Shown here piece after piece: positions 37,254 to 46,748 of a stretch of DNA of 64,000 bases (position 1 is its first letter; each line of letters starts with the position of its first letter). The translations under genes and the position numbers were made by a program. The notes beneath the pieces were generated by a model that made no database searches, was not told the DNA's origin, and saw only the letters and a list, made by a program, of their open reading frames with translations. The stretch covers positions 33,645 to 97,644 of the forward strand of contig CAZIDZ010000007.1 of the NCBI GenBank assembly GCA_964538455.1, read 5' to 3'. The stretch is from an uncultured bacterium (lineage in GTDB: Bacteria; Electryoneota; Electryoneia; Electryoneales; Electryoneaceae).

Positions 37254-37976
37254 ATGGACGATAGAATCAAGAACGCGGTCGAGTCGAACGTCGAACTCTG
37301 GAAACGGGTGTGGGGCGAGGCGTTGCAGTCTGCCTACCTGTATGGCTCCGCCGTTCGTGGCGGCTGGTCGCCTAAGACGAGCGACATCAACCTGCTGCTG
37401 CTCGTCGAGAGCGGTGACTACAGCAAATGGCCGGACGCGGCGGATGTCGTCAAGCGAAAGCTGAAAAAGGGCTTCGCCGTGCCCCTGGTGTTGAGCGAGA
37501 ATTACGTGCGCTCTTCACTGGACGTCTATCCGATGGAATTTCTCGACATCAAGCTCTTCCACGAGTGTCTGCTCGGCGACGATCTCTTTGAGCAATTGAA
37601 TATCCGTCCGGAGGATCTGCGGCTCCAGGCGGAGCGCGAGATCAAGGGCAAGTGGGTCCATTTTCGGCAGGCGGCCCTCGAGCGCGGAGCCAGCACGGCG
37701 GCGATACGCGAGTTGCTCGCAGCCAGTTCCTCCGCTTGGGCTTCCGTTTTCCAGGCGCTGCTGGCGATCGATGGCCGTGAGGTCCCGGCGGACCGCACGG
37801 AGGTCATCCGTCAGGGCGCGGTGTTGGCGAACGTTGATCCGGACGTCTTTCTGAAGGTGCACGCGGTCCGTCATCAGCGCAGCTCCCTGAACCGGTTCGC
37901 CGCGTGGAAACTGCTGACCGATACGCTCAAGCAGCTTGACGAACTGGCTCGGTTCGTCGATCAGTGGCAGTCCTGA
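37254..37976 (+). CDS. nucleotidyltransferase-fold protein (KNTase-like), possibly catalytically altered
   Basis: YLYGSAVRGGWSPKTSDINLLLLV matches the GS…D.D minimal-NTase motif except that the second Asp position is Asn (DIN). Followed by a helical C-terminal domain. Confidence 0.5.
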   Translation: MDDRIKNAVESNVELWKRVWGEALQSAYLYGSAVRGGWSPKTSDINLLLLVESGDYSKWPDAADVVKRKLKKGFAVPLVLSENYVRSSLDVYPMEFLDIKLFHECLLGDDLFEQLNIRPEDLRLQAEREIKGKWVHFRQAALERGASTAAIRELLAASSSAWASVFQALLAIDGREVPADRTEVIRQGAVLANVDPDVFLKVHAVRHQRSSLNRFAAWKLLTDTLKQLDELARFVDQWQS

Positions 37977-38050
37977 GCAGGTCGGCGAGGAGTACATTGA
38001 CATCACCATCCGTCCGCGGGGGGCGGACGTTTGCGCACAAGGAGGAATAC

Positions 38051-38626
38051 GTGAAACGTGGAACGGTCATCATTCTGATTGTTGTTGCGGTACTTGTGAT
38101 CCTGGGCTTCTCGGTCTATTCCTTTGTCCGCGGGACCTACAACTCGCTGGTCAACATGGAGGAGACGGTCAGCGGTTCCTGGGCCGAAGTGGAGAACAAC
38201 CTGCAGCGCCGCTATGACCTGATTCCGAACCTGGTGAACACAGTGAAGGGCTACGCCAAGCAGGAGCAGCAGGTGCTGCTGGGCGTCACCGAAGCCCGGG
38301 CCAAAGTGGGCGGCGCGACCAGCCAGGGGCAGCGGATGGACGCGGAAAACCAGTTGTCCGGTGCCCTCTCCAGGCTGCTGCTCGTCGTGGAGAATTACCC
38401 GCAGCTGAAATCCGACGCCAACTTCCGCCAGCTTCAGGACGAGCTCGCCGGTACGGAAAACCGCCTCGCTGTTGCACGGAAACGCTACAACGATTCGGTG
38501 AGGAATTACAACGTGATGCTGCGGAGCTTCCCGCAGAACATCATCGCGGGCATGTTCGGGTTCACCAAGAAGGAGTTCTTCCAGGCTCCCCAGGCGTCCC
38601 AGGAAGCCCCCGAGGTGCAGTTCTGA
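38051..38626 (+). CDS. lemA: LemA-family protein
   Basis: N-terminal TM, then the LemA signature …NSLVNMEETVSGSWAEVENNLQRRYDLIPNLV…YPQLKSDANFRQLQDEL…NDSVRNYN. GTG start with AAGGAGG six nt upstream. Confidence 0.8.
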   Translation: MKRGTVIILIVVAVLVILGFSVYSFVRGTYNSLVNMEETVSGSWAEVENNLQRRYDLIPNLVNTVKGYAKQEQQVLLGVTEARAKVGGATSQGQRMDAENQLSGALSRLLLVVENYPQLKSDANFRQLQDELAGTENRLAVARKRYNDSVRNYNVMLRSFPQNIIAGMFGFTKKEFFQAPQASQEAPEVQF

Positions 38627-39414
38627 TGACCGCCGCCCCGGGACGATCCGGGGTCGTCGCGCTGTTAACGGATTTCGGCGTGCAGGACGATTTCGTCGGC
38701 CTGCTGCATGCCGTGATTCTTTCCGTGAATCCTGCTCTGCGGATCGTCGACCTATGCCACCATGTGCCTCCCGGGAATGTCCGAGCGGGGGCGTTTCTGC
38801 TCTGGCACGATTTTCAGCTGCTGCCCGCGGGATCGGTCGTCGCTGCCGTGGTCGATCCGGGGGTGGGCTCCGACAGGGCGTTGCTCGCGGCCGACGTGGA
38901 AAATCGACTGCTCGTCGCGCCGGACAATGGGTTGATCGCGCCGCTTCTGGAGGGAAAGAAACCCGTTCGCGTCCATCGCCTGGAAAACAGGGAGTGGAGC
39001 AGGCCCCGGCCCTCGACGACCTTCCACGGTCGGGACTGGATCGCTCCCGCCGCGGCTCAGTTGGCGTCCGGAGCGGCGTTGTCGCAGGCGGGCCCTGCCG
39101 TGGATCGGTGGGAGACAGTGGCCATTGCTCCTCTGGAACGGGAGGGTGGCGTTGTCGGTGAAGTGTTGTGGGTGGACAGGTTCGGAAATCTCGTCACCAA
39201 CCTGTCCGCAGCCGATGCCGAGCGGAGAGCATTGGAAATCGGCGGAACCCCCCTCCGCCGAGTGGCCACGTTCGTCGAGGCGGACGAAGGCGAGACGGTG
39301 TGGTTGATCGGCAGCAGGGGAACGGTTGAAATTGTATGCAACGGAGCATCGGCGTCCAGGGCGCTCGGCCTTGGCCTGGGTGCACACATTCGGCTTGTTG
39401 CAGGGGCAACCTGA
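38626..39414 (+). CDS. SAM hydroxide adenosyltransferase family protein (DUF62; fluorinase/chlorinase-like SAM hydrolase)
   Basis: VALLTDFGVQDDFVG…AVVDPGVGS…VDRFGNLVTN are the family motifs. 262 aa. Confidence 0.75.
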   Translation: MTAAPGRSGVVALLTDFGVQDDFVGLLHAVILSVNPALRIVDLCHHVPPGNVRAGAFLLWHDFQLLPAGSVVAAVVDPGVGSDRALLAADVENRLLVAPDNGLIAPLLEGKKPVRVHRLENREWSRPRPSTTFHGRDWIAPAAAQLASGAALSQAGPAVDRWETVAIAPLEREGGVVGEVLWVDRFGNLVTNLSAADAERRALEIGGTPLRRVATFVEADEGETVWLIGSRGTVEIVCNGASASRALGLGLGAHIRLVAGAT

Positions 39415-39477
39415 ACAGGCGCGAAAACCGGACATGAAGACCAGCCCTGAAGCGCGCTTCGGGGAAGGGAGACTGCA

Positions 39478-40881
39478 ATGAGTGATCGGATACGTCTGGA
39501 TGTTACCCGGATGTTCGAGGACGCGGTGGGTGAGGAATGCGGGGTCGGCGTCGAGGACCTCGACCAGCATTGGGCGAAGGTTGAAGCCGCATTGCAGGGT
39601 CTTGAAGCCCGCCGCAAGGCGGGGGAACTGCCGTTCTACGACCTGCCGCAGGAGAAGGATACCGTCAAGCGAATCCAGGAGTATGCGGAGAAGAACCGGA
39701 CGAAATTCCGCAACGTGGTTGTGCTCGGAATCGGCGGCAGTGCGCTGGGAATAATCGCCCTGCGGGACGCGCTCAAGCCTCTGCACTGGAACGAACGTTC
39801 CGATGAAGACCGTGACGCTCCCCGCTTGTTCGTCCCTGACAACCCGGATCCCGAATATCTCGGCGCGGTGATGGATGTGTGCGATCCTGCCGAAACGTTG
39901 TACAATGTGATTACCAAATCCGGGAGCACCGCGGAGACGATCGCGGCGTTCGGCGCTATCCTCGGTCCGGTGAAAAAGGCGCTGGGGAAAGAGTACCGCG
40001 ACCACCTCGTGTTTACCACCGATCCCGCCAAGGGCGCGCTCCGCCAGATCGCCCGCGAGGAGGGCATCTCAACCTTCTCGATCCCGTCGGGCGTCGGGGG
40101 CAGGTTCAGCGTGATGACCTCCGTCGGGCTGCTGCCCGCCGCGCTGCTCGGCATCGACCTGGATGAATTGCTCCGCGGCGCCAACGAACAGCGCGAAAAG
40201 GTGTTCAACCGGGAGTTCGATAAAAATCCCGGCGCAGCGTTCGCGCTCCTTCAGTATCTCTCGCACACTCAGCGAGGACAGAATATCCACGTGATGATGC
40301 CCTACTCGAACGCCCTGTTCCGCACCGCCGACTGGTTCCGGCAGCTCTGGGCCGAATCCCTCGGAAAGAAGAACAACCTGAAGGGGGAAACGGTGAACCA
40401 GGGGCCGACCCCGGTGGCTGCGCTCGGGTCCACCGACCAGCACAGCCAGGTGCAGCTCTACGTCGAGGGGCCGAACGACAAGACGTTCACCTTCGTTATT
40501 CCGCAGAGCTACCGCAGGACGGTGAAGGTGGGCAAACACTACCCGGACATCGAGACGGTCGATTATCTGTCGGGCGAGGATATTGGCAGCCTGCTGCGTG
40601 CGGAGGGTGAGGCCACACAACGCGCATTGACCGCGGCTCACCGTCCGAACATGGCCTTTCTGCTCGACGAGATTGCCCCGGATACCGTCGGTGGATTGAT
40701 GTACCTGCTCGAAGCGGGCACGTTGGTCGCCGGCTCCCTCTACGAGGTGAATCCGCTCGACCAGCCCGGGGTCGAGGCCGGCAAGGAGGCGACGTACGCA
40801 CTGATGGGACGCACGGGATACGAGGACATCGCGGCAGACATCGAGCGTGAACGAAAGCGACCATCTCGCATCGTTTCGTGA
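39478..40881 (+). CDS. pgi: glucose-6-phosphate isomerase
   Basis: SIS-domain motifs VVLGIGGSALG, KSGSTAET, GGRFSV; 467 aa, bacterial PGI size. Confidence 0.85.
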   Translation: MSDRIRLDVTRMFEDAVGEECGVGVEDLDQHWAKVEAALQGLEARRKAGELPFYDLPQEKDTVKRIQEYAEKNRTKFRNVVVLGIGGSALGIIALRDALKPLHWNERSDEDRDAPRLFVPDNPDPEYLGAVMDVCDPAETLYNVITKSGSTAETIAAFGAILGPVKKALGKEYRDHLVFTTDPAKGALRQIAREEGISTFSIPSGVGGRFSVMTSVGLLPAALLGIDLDELLRGANEQREKVFNREFDKNPGAAFALLQYLSHTQRGQNIHVMMPYSNALFRTADWFRQLWAESLGKKNNLKGETVNQGPTPVAALGSTDQHSQVQLYVEGPNDKTFTFVIPQSYRRTVKVGKHYPDIETVDYLSGEDIGSLLRAEGEATQRALTAAHRPNMAFLLDEIAPDTVGGLMYLLEAGTLVAGSLYEVNPLDQPGVEAGKEATYALMGRTGYEDIAADIERERKRPSRIVS

Positions 40882-40896
40882 GGGTGAAAGGATCGT

Positions 40897-41934
40897 ATGG
40901 CCCGGCAAGAGTCATGGCCAGCCGGAACGGAGATCGCGCACCAGGGCGAAATGTGTCATCGAGCCCTGGTGATCCAGACCGGTAGCATACGGCTGTCTCG
41001 CCAGGTGGGCGCTCTTCAGGTTCCCATCGCACTGCTCGGGCCGGGGGATATCCTCGCTGCCGAGTGTCTGTTTGATGATCCGCCGTTGAATTACAGCGCG
41101 CAGGTAGTCATTGAGGCCACCGGGCTTTCCGTCACTCCGGAGGAATACCAGCAGGCTGTTGAGCAGGGGACCGAATGGCTGCAGCGGGTGATCAGGGGTG
41201 GAATGAGCCGTGAACGCGTCGCGGAGCGCCCCGTGCGGTCGAGCGTCTCGACGCTCTACGGTATCGGAATCCTGCTCTATACCTTCCTCAGGGTGCGCTC
41301 GGACGCCGAGACGCCGATCCCTCAGCTCGCGCTGGCTCCGCTGCTCGATGAATTGATCAATACCCTGCCGCTTTCACGGGAGTTCACCTATCCCGTGCTC
41401 AGCGGGCTTTCGCACGTTGGCTTGATCGACCTGCGCCTCGCGGATCCCTATTCGCAATCCATTGAAGTCCCCGATGAAAACCTGTTGCTGGGCTTTCTTC
41501 ACTTTCTCCAGCGTGCCTCCGACATGAACACCGGTATCCTTTCGGGAGTCGGCATTCAAACTCCCCTCAAGCTGCCCGATCCCGCCTCCGATCTGCTCGA
41601 CTGGTTCCTCACCGCGCCGGACTATTCCGAACGGCTCTTCAATCCCAGCCGCGCCCTCGTGCACCTCCAGATCGACACGATTCGTGCTAAAATCGACGAG
41701 GAACGTGAGCAGCCTTTCGATCTCGACGGCGCACTGACGGCGCTCGAGCAATTGCAGGTGGTCAAACGGATGAAGGACGGGGACAAGATGTCGCTGTTTC
41801 TGGATTTGAGAGCGCTGCTCCGTCTCAATATCCTCCGCGACCCCGAGGCCAATTACATCGACATCATCGAGTACCTGCTCGAACTGATGTACGAAAGCCG
41901 CTTCACCCAGCCCCATTCATCATCGTTCCGCTGA
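40897..41934 (+). CDS. hypothetical protein with N-terminal cyclic-nucleotide-binding-like (CAP effector) domain
   Basis: The N-terminal ~110 aa resemble a cNMP-binding beta-roll (…IAHQGEMCHRALVIQTGSIRL…LGPGDILAAECLF…). The remaining ~230 aa are unassigned. Confidence 0.4.
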   Translation: MARQESWPAGTEIAHQGEMCHRALVIQTGSIRLSRQVGALQVPIALLGPGDILAAECLFDDPPLNYSAQVVIEATGLSVTPEEYQQAVEQGTEWLQRVIRGGMSRERVAERPVRSSVSTLYGIGILLYTFLRVRSDAETPIPQLALAPLLDELINTLPLSREFTYPVLSGLSHVGLIDLRLADPYSQSIEVPDENLLLGFLHFLQRASDMNTGILSGVGIQTPLKLPDPASDLLDWFLTAPDYSERLFNPSRALVHLQIDTIRAKIDEEREQPFDLDGALTALEQLQVVKRMKDGDKMSLFLDLRALLRLNILRDPEANYIDIIEYLLELMYESRFTQPHSSSFR

Positions 41935-42052
41935 CCGCGCCCCGCTTCGCTCAAACGGCTGTTTGGATTCATTGCAGGCCATTCGACGGGGGCGTATATT
42001 CCGCTTCCCCGCGGCGGGAGTGGATGGTCGGCAGGTATACGGAGTGCTCCGC

Positions 42053-43459
42053 ATGGCCCTCGAGGAAATCAAGGAAAATTGTGGTGTGATGGCGGTGTGG
42101 AATGCCGAATACGCTGCGGAGCTGGCGTATCACGGCCTCTACTCGCTGCAGCATCGGGGGCAGGAGGCTGCCGGCATCGTCAGCACAGACGGCGACCGAT
42201 TCTACCACCGCCTCGGCCTCGGAACCCTCAGCCAGGTGTTCGATTCCCCCGAGCTGCTCAAGGAACTGCACGGCAACGCCGCGATCGGGCACAACCGCTA
42301 TTCCACTACGGGGACCAACGCCCAGTTCAACATCCAGCCGCTTACCGCGATGCTCCGCGACGGTCCCGTGGCGATCGGGCACAACGGCAACCTGATCAAC
42401 ACCCGAAAACTCCGCAGAGAGTTGCAGAACGACGGCGCTATTTTCCAGAGCACCACCGACAGCGAGATCCTGATCCACTTGATGGCACGGTCGCGCAAGG
42501 AAAAGCTCCTCGACCGCTTCCTCGAGGCGCTCGGGCGGGTGCAGGGTGCCTATTCGCTGGTGATGCTCTCCCGCGATGCCATCTACGCCGTTCGCGACCC
42601 GCACGGATGGCGTCCCCTGGTAATCGGCAGGAAGGGGGACTCGTACGTCGTCGCTTCCGAGTCCTGCGCTCTCGACCTGCTCGGGTATCAACTCATCCGC
42701 GACGTCCGGCCCGGCGAACTCGTCGTCCTCGATCGCGAGGGCATGCATTCCATCCCCGTCGCGCAGGTCGAACGAACTCACTTCTGCATCTTCGAATTGA
42801 TCTACTTCTCGCGCCCCGACAGCCGCACGTTGGGCGACAGCGTTGACAAATTCCGCCGTAAGATGGGCAAGGAGCTCGCCCTCGAGCACCCGGCGGACGC
42901 CGATATCGTGATCAGCGTGCCCGACAGCTCCAACACCGCGGCGCTCGGTTTCAGCCAGCGAAGCGACGCCAAGTTCGAGATGGGGCTGATCCGCAACCAT
43001 TACATCGGGCGAACCTTCATCCAGCCGACGAGTGCGATGCGCGAAATGGGGGTGAAGCTGAAGTTCAATCCAGTCGCCGGCGTCGTCAGGGACCGACGCG
43101 TGGTCGTTGTCGAGGACAGCATTGTCCGCGGCACCACGCTGCGCAAACTCACCGACCTGATCCGCGGCGCCGGGGCCAAGGAGGTGCATGTTCGCGTCTC
43201 CTGCCCGCCGATCCGGTTTCCCTGCTACTATGGGATGGATTTCCCGTCGCGGGAGGAACTGATCGCGCACGACCACAGCGTGGAGCAGATCCGTGAGATC
43301 ATCGGTGTCGATTCCCTCGGCTATCTGTCCGTCGAAAAACTCCTCGAAAGCGTGCCCGGCAGCGGCAACCAGGGATACTGTACGGCATGCTTCACGGGCG
43401 AGTACCCGATCCCGCCCGATGGGGATGAGGAAACCGGGACGAAGGAGCGATATTCTTGA
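42053..43459 (+). CDS. purF: amidophosphoribosyltransferase
   Basis: Ntn Cys in CGVMAVW after a short propeptide, HNRYSTTG, DSEIL, and the PRT motif VVVVEDSIVRGTT. [4Fe-4S] Cys residues sit near the C-terminus. Start set at ATG 42053. Confidence 0.85.
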   Translation: MALEEIKENCGVMAVWNAEYAAELAYHGLYSLQHRGQEAAGIVSTDGDRFYHRLGLGTLSQVFDSPELLKELHGNAAIGHNRYSTTGTNAQFNIQPLTAMLRDGPVAIGHNGNLINTRKLRRELQNDGAIFQSTTDSEILIHLMARSRKEKLLDRFLEALGRVQGAYSLVMLSRDAIYAVRDPHGWRPLVIGRKGDSYVVASESCALDLLGYQLIRDVRPGELVVLDREGMHSIPVAQVERTHFCIFELIYFSRPDSRTLGDSVDKFRRKMGKELALEHPADADIVISVPDSSNTAALGFSQRSDAKFEMGLIRNHYIGRTFIQPTSAMREMGVKLKFNPVAGVVRDRRVVVVEDSIVRGTTLRKLTDLIRGAGAKEVHVRVSCPPIRFPCYYGMDFPSREELIAHDHSVEQIREIIGVDSLGYLSVEKLLESVPGSGNQGYCTACFTGEYPIPPDGDEETGTKERYS

Positions 43460-43536
43460 GTATATTCAAGCAATGATCGATGACAACCGCCCCGGAATCC
43501 AGTTGGAAAGGGGCGTTTTCGTATCGTGGAGCTTTG

Positions 43537-44208
43537 ATGGAAATACGGTTTCGAGATCCCGAACGGCGCAAGATCAGCCAGGACCAGAAGCGACGCCAGG
43601 TCCAGTACCCCGGCATCCACCTCTCCGATCTCAGGTTGCTGCCCAACATCCTCACCCTGTCGCGGCTCGCGTTCATCTTGCCTGCCGTGATCCTCATTTC
43701 GCAATCGCGCGGCCCCGGCCAGGACATGATCGCCGCGATCCTTCTGCTCTGCGGATTCGTTACGGACATGCTCGACGGAATCATCGCCCGCCTGTTCAAG
43801 AAGATCAGCGATCTTGGGAAAATCCTGGACCCCATAGTGGACAAGGTGGTCGTGCTCTCAACCGCCGCGGCGCTCACCTTTTCCGCACACGAGCCGCGAT
43901 TTCCCCTCTGGCTGTTCGTGGCGATCGTGTTCCGCGACGGAATGATCCTGATCCTGGCGACTAGGGCTCTGCAGGAGGATCATTATCTCTTCGTCAGTTC
44001 TTGGCCCGGGAAGGCGACCACCTTCGCGATCGCCGCAACCCTGATGATTTACCTGCTGGATCATTACCTGTTCGAGGAGATCGTGATTGTCGCGCCCTGG
44101 GTCGTGCTCGGCCTGCTGGCGCTCTCGAGCGTGGATTACATCGAACGCTACTGGTCCGTGCGCCATAAACGGTTCTTGGCAAACGAGCAGACGCAGGGCG
44201 ACCGATGA
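43537..44208 (+). CDS. CDP-alcohol phosphatidyltransferase (PgsA-like)
   Basis: D-x2-DG-x2-AR…G…D-x3-D motif: DMLDGIIARLFKKISDLGKILDPIVDK. Multiple TM helices. The start is uncertain (the ORF opens at 43480). Confidence 0.7.
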   Translation: MEIRFRDPERRKISQDQKRRQVQYPGIHLSDLRLLPNILTLSRLAFILPAVILISQSRGPGQDMIAAILLLCGFVTDMLDGIIARLFKKISDLGKILDPIVDKVVVLSTAAALTFSAHEPRFPLWLFVAIVFRDGMILILATRALQEDHYLFVSSWPGKATTFAIAATLMIYLLDHYLFEEIVIVAPWVVLGLLALSSVDYIERYWSVRHKRFLANEQTQGDR

Positions 44209-45611
44209 GCTTTGCCATTTACGATACCTACCTGCGAAAACAGGTGCCGTTCGTGCCGATCACTCCGGGCGTTGTCAGGATGTACAACTGCGGGCCTACC
44301 GTGTACGACATCGCCCATATCGGAAACTTCCGCGCCTTCGTATTTGCCGATCTCCTGCGCCGCTGGCTTGAGGTCAGCGGGTATACAGTCGAACAGGTGA
44401 TGAACATCACCGACGTGGACGACAAGACGATCCAGAAGAGCCGGGAGTCGGGTGTGCCGCTGGAGCGGATTACGGCGCCCTTCATCACCTCCTTCTTCGA
44501 TGGGTTGAAGCTGCTCAACGTTCTTCCCGCGAAGGTGTACCCGCGCGCCACCGAACATGTCCCGGAGATGGTTGACCTGATCCGGTCTTTGCTCGAAAAG
44601 GGGCACGCCTACAAGGGACAGGATGGGTCCGTCTATTTCAGCATCGAAAGTTTCCCCGAGTACGGGAAACTCTCCGGGAAACGGCTCGAGGACCTCCGCA
44701 TCGGCGATCGCGTATCCAACGATGAGTACGAATCTAAGGACGATGTGCGGGATTTCGCCCTCTGGAAAGCTTGGGACGAAGCGGACGGGGATGTCGGGTG
44801 GGATACGGAATTCGGCCGCGGAAGGCCGGGATGGCACATCGAATGCTCGGCCATGTCACGCAGGTATCTCGGCGACGAGTTCGACATTCACACCGGCGGC
44901 GTCGACAACATCTTCCCGCACCATGAAAACGAGATCGCCCAGAGCAGGTGCGCCACCGGCGCGGCTTTCGCACATCACTGGATGCACTGCAACTACCTGA
45001 TCGTCGAGGGGAAGAAGATGTCGAAGTCCCTCGGCAACTATTATGTCTTCAACGATCTGCTCGACAAGGGCTGGCGCCCCCGTGAGATTCGCTACGTCCT
45101 GATCGGCACTCATTACCGGGCCCAGTTGAATTTCACCCTGGACGGACTCAGCGCCGCCCGTTCCTCCCTTGCGCGGCTCGATGAGTTCCGCGATTCGTGG
45201 CGATCCGCGCGGGGGGGGGAGACCACTCCCGTTCTGCAGGAGGTGCTGGAGAGGGCCGAAAAGGGCTTCAACGAGGGGATGGATGACGACCTGAACGTCT
45301 CCGCCGCGCTCGCGGCGGTCTTTCAACTAGTGCGTGAAGGAAACGCTCAAATCGCCTCGCATGGCTTGACATCCGGAGATGTCGAACTCCTTGAAAAAAC
45401 GTGGATTCGCTGGGATCATGCGCTCGGGGTCTTTCAGCCGGAAGCGGAAAACACCGAGGACACCGCCTGGATCGAACGGAAAATCGAAGAGCGAAACCGC
45501 GCCCGCGAATCGAAGGACTGGGCGGCTGCGGACCGCATCCGTGATGAGCTTGTTGCCAGGGGGATTCAGCTGAAGGACGGCCCCGAGGGCACGACTTGGA
45601 GACGCGTCTGA
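44205..45611 (+). CDS. cysS: cysteine--tRNA ligase
   Basis: MYNCGPTVYDIAHIGN (HIGH), KMSKSLGN, zinc-binding Cys/His; 468 aa. Confidence 0.9.
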   Translation: MSFAIYDTYLRKQVPFVPITPGVVRMYNCGPTVYDIAHIGNFRAFVFADLLRRWLEVSGYTVEQVMNITDVDDKTIQKSRESGVPLERITAPFITSFFDGLKLLNVLPAKVYPRATEHVPEMVDLIRSLLEKGHAYKGQDGSVYFSIESFPEYGKLSGKRLEDLRIGDRVSNDEYESKDDVRDFALWKAWDEADGDVGWDTEFGRGRPGWHIECSAMSRRYLGDEFDIHTGGVDNIFPHHENEIAQSRCATGAAFAHHWMHCNYLIVEGKKMSKSLGNYYVFNDLLDKGWRPREIRYVLIGTHYRAQLNFTLDGLSAARSSLARLDEFRDSWRSARGGETTPVLQEVLERAEKGFNEGMDDDLNVSAALAAVFQLVREGNAQIASHGLTSGDVELLEKTWIRWDHALGVFQPEAENTEDTAWIERKIEERNRARESKDWAAADRIRDELVARGIQLKDGPEGTTWRRV

Positions 45612-46591
45612 TGCCCGCCGCCGGTCATTGGCCCAAAGTTGCTGCAATTCTGCTCGCCGTTCCGCTGCTGCTGTTCGCCCAAACCGATTCCACAGCCCTT
45701 AAGCAGGGCGGCGACAGTTTGAAAAGTGTTCCGGTCGGCGACACCGGCGCGCGCCTTCGGATCACCGCCCCGGCCGTGGAAGCAATCACGCAAGATGTAG
45801 AAAAACAAGCAGGTATCCCTTCGCCGTCGGTCCCGGACTACACCACGAAATCCTATCGGCACCTCCCTTTCGGAGTCGGCGAACGTTTGCGCTATCATCT
45901 TGATTTTTCTTTTGTTCAAGCTGGAATCAGCGAGATGGCGATCGTGGCCATCGATACCTCGACCCGCTGCCCCTCTTTTCATTTCCGCAGCAGGGCGAGG
46001 AGCACGCCGACGGTCGACCTCCTCTTCAAGGTCCGCGACCAGGTTGATTCTTGGTTCGACACCGAGCGTCTCTACTCCGACCGGTACGAGCGCCGCATCC
46101 ACGAGGGCGGCTATAAATCCTTGAAATTCTATGACTACAATAACGAAACCGGGTGGGTTTCGATCTCAAACGAAAACGGTCCCAAGGGTGCGACGCCGTT
46201 CGAGCCCTTCAGCCACAACATCATCTCCGCCCTTTACTGGGTGCGGATGCAGCCGTTGCAGGCCGGCGTTGACCTCCATTTGCCGCTCCACGACATGAAC
46301 AAGCAGTACCCCCTCACGGTGAAGGTGTACGGGAAGGAAAAAGTGAAGGTTCCGGCGGGTGAATGGACCTGCTGGAAGGTCGAACCGGTGATCGAATCCG
46401 AGGGGCTGTTCCAGATGACAGGCAGGATGATCGTCTGGCTGACGGACGATCAGTTGCGCTTGCCGGTGAAGATGAAAAGCACGATTTCCGTCGGGTCGAT
46501 CGAAGGAGACCTGGTCGAGTACAGGCTCGGAAGGGAATACGCCGCAGGCAATGCGCCAGATTACAGCAAGGAAACAGATTGGAATTGGTAA
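45611..46591 (+). CDS. hypothetical secreted protein
   Basis: Signal peptide (AAILLAVPLLLFAQ), beta-rich, no recognised motifs. Confidence 0.45.
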   Translation: MPAAGHWPKVAAILLAVPLLLFAQTDSTALKQGGDSLKSVPVGDTGARLRITAPAVEAITQDVEKQAGIPSPSVPDYTTKSYRHLPFGVGERLRYHLDFSFVQAGISEMAIVAIDTSTRCPSFHFRSRARSTPTVDLLFKVRDQVDSWFDTERLYSDRYERRIHEGGYKSLKFYDYNNETGWVSISNENGPKGATPFEPFSHNIISALYWVRMQPLQAGVDLHLPLHDMNKQYPLTVKVYGKEKVKVPAGEWTCWKVEPVIESEGLFQMTGRMIVWLTDDQLRLPVKMKSTISVGSIEGDLVEYRLGREYAAGNAPDYSKETDWNW

Positions 46592-46748
46592 AACAAGTAC
46601 TTACCTGGAGTCCGTGGATGACTTCGCCCGCGATCCTGTCGTTTTGCGGGTGTCCCTCCGGGATCCACCGCTCGATCCCCTTGAAACGTAACCTTTTGCC
46701 CGTTCGCACCGTCCCAAGTACGAAGTTGGAAGTGTAGGGAGGCGTTGC

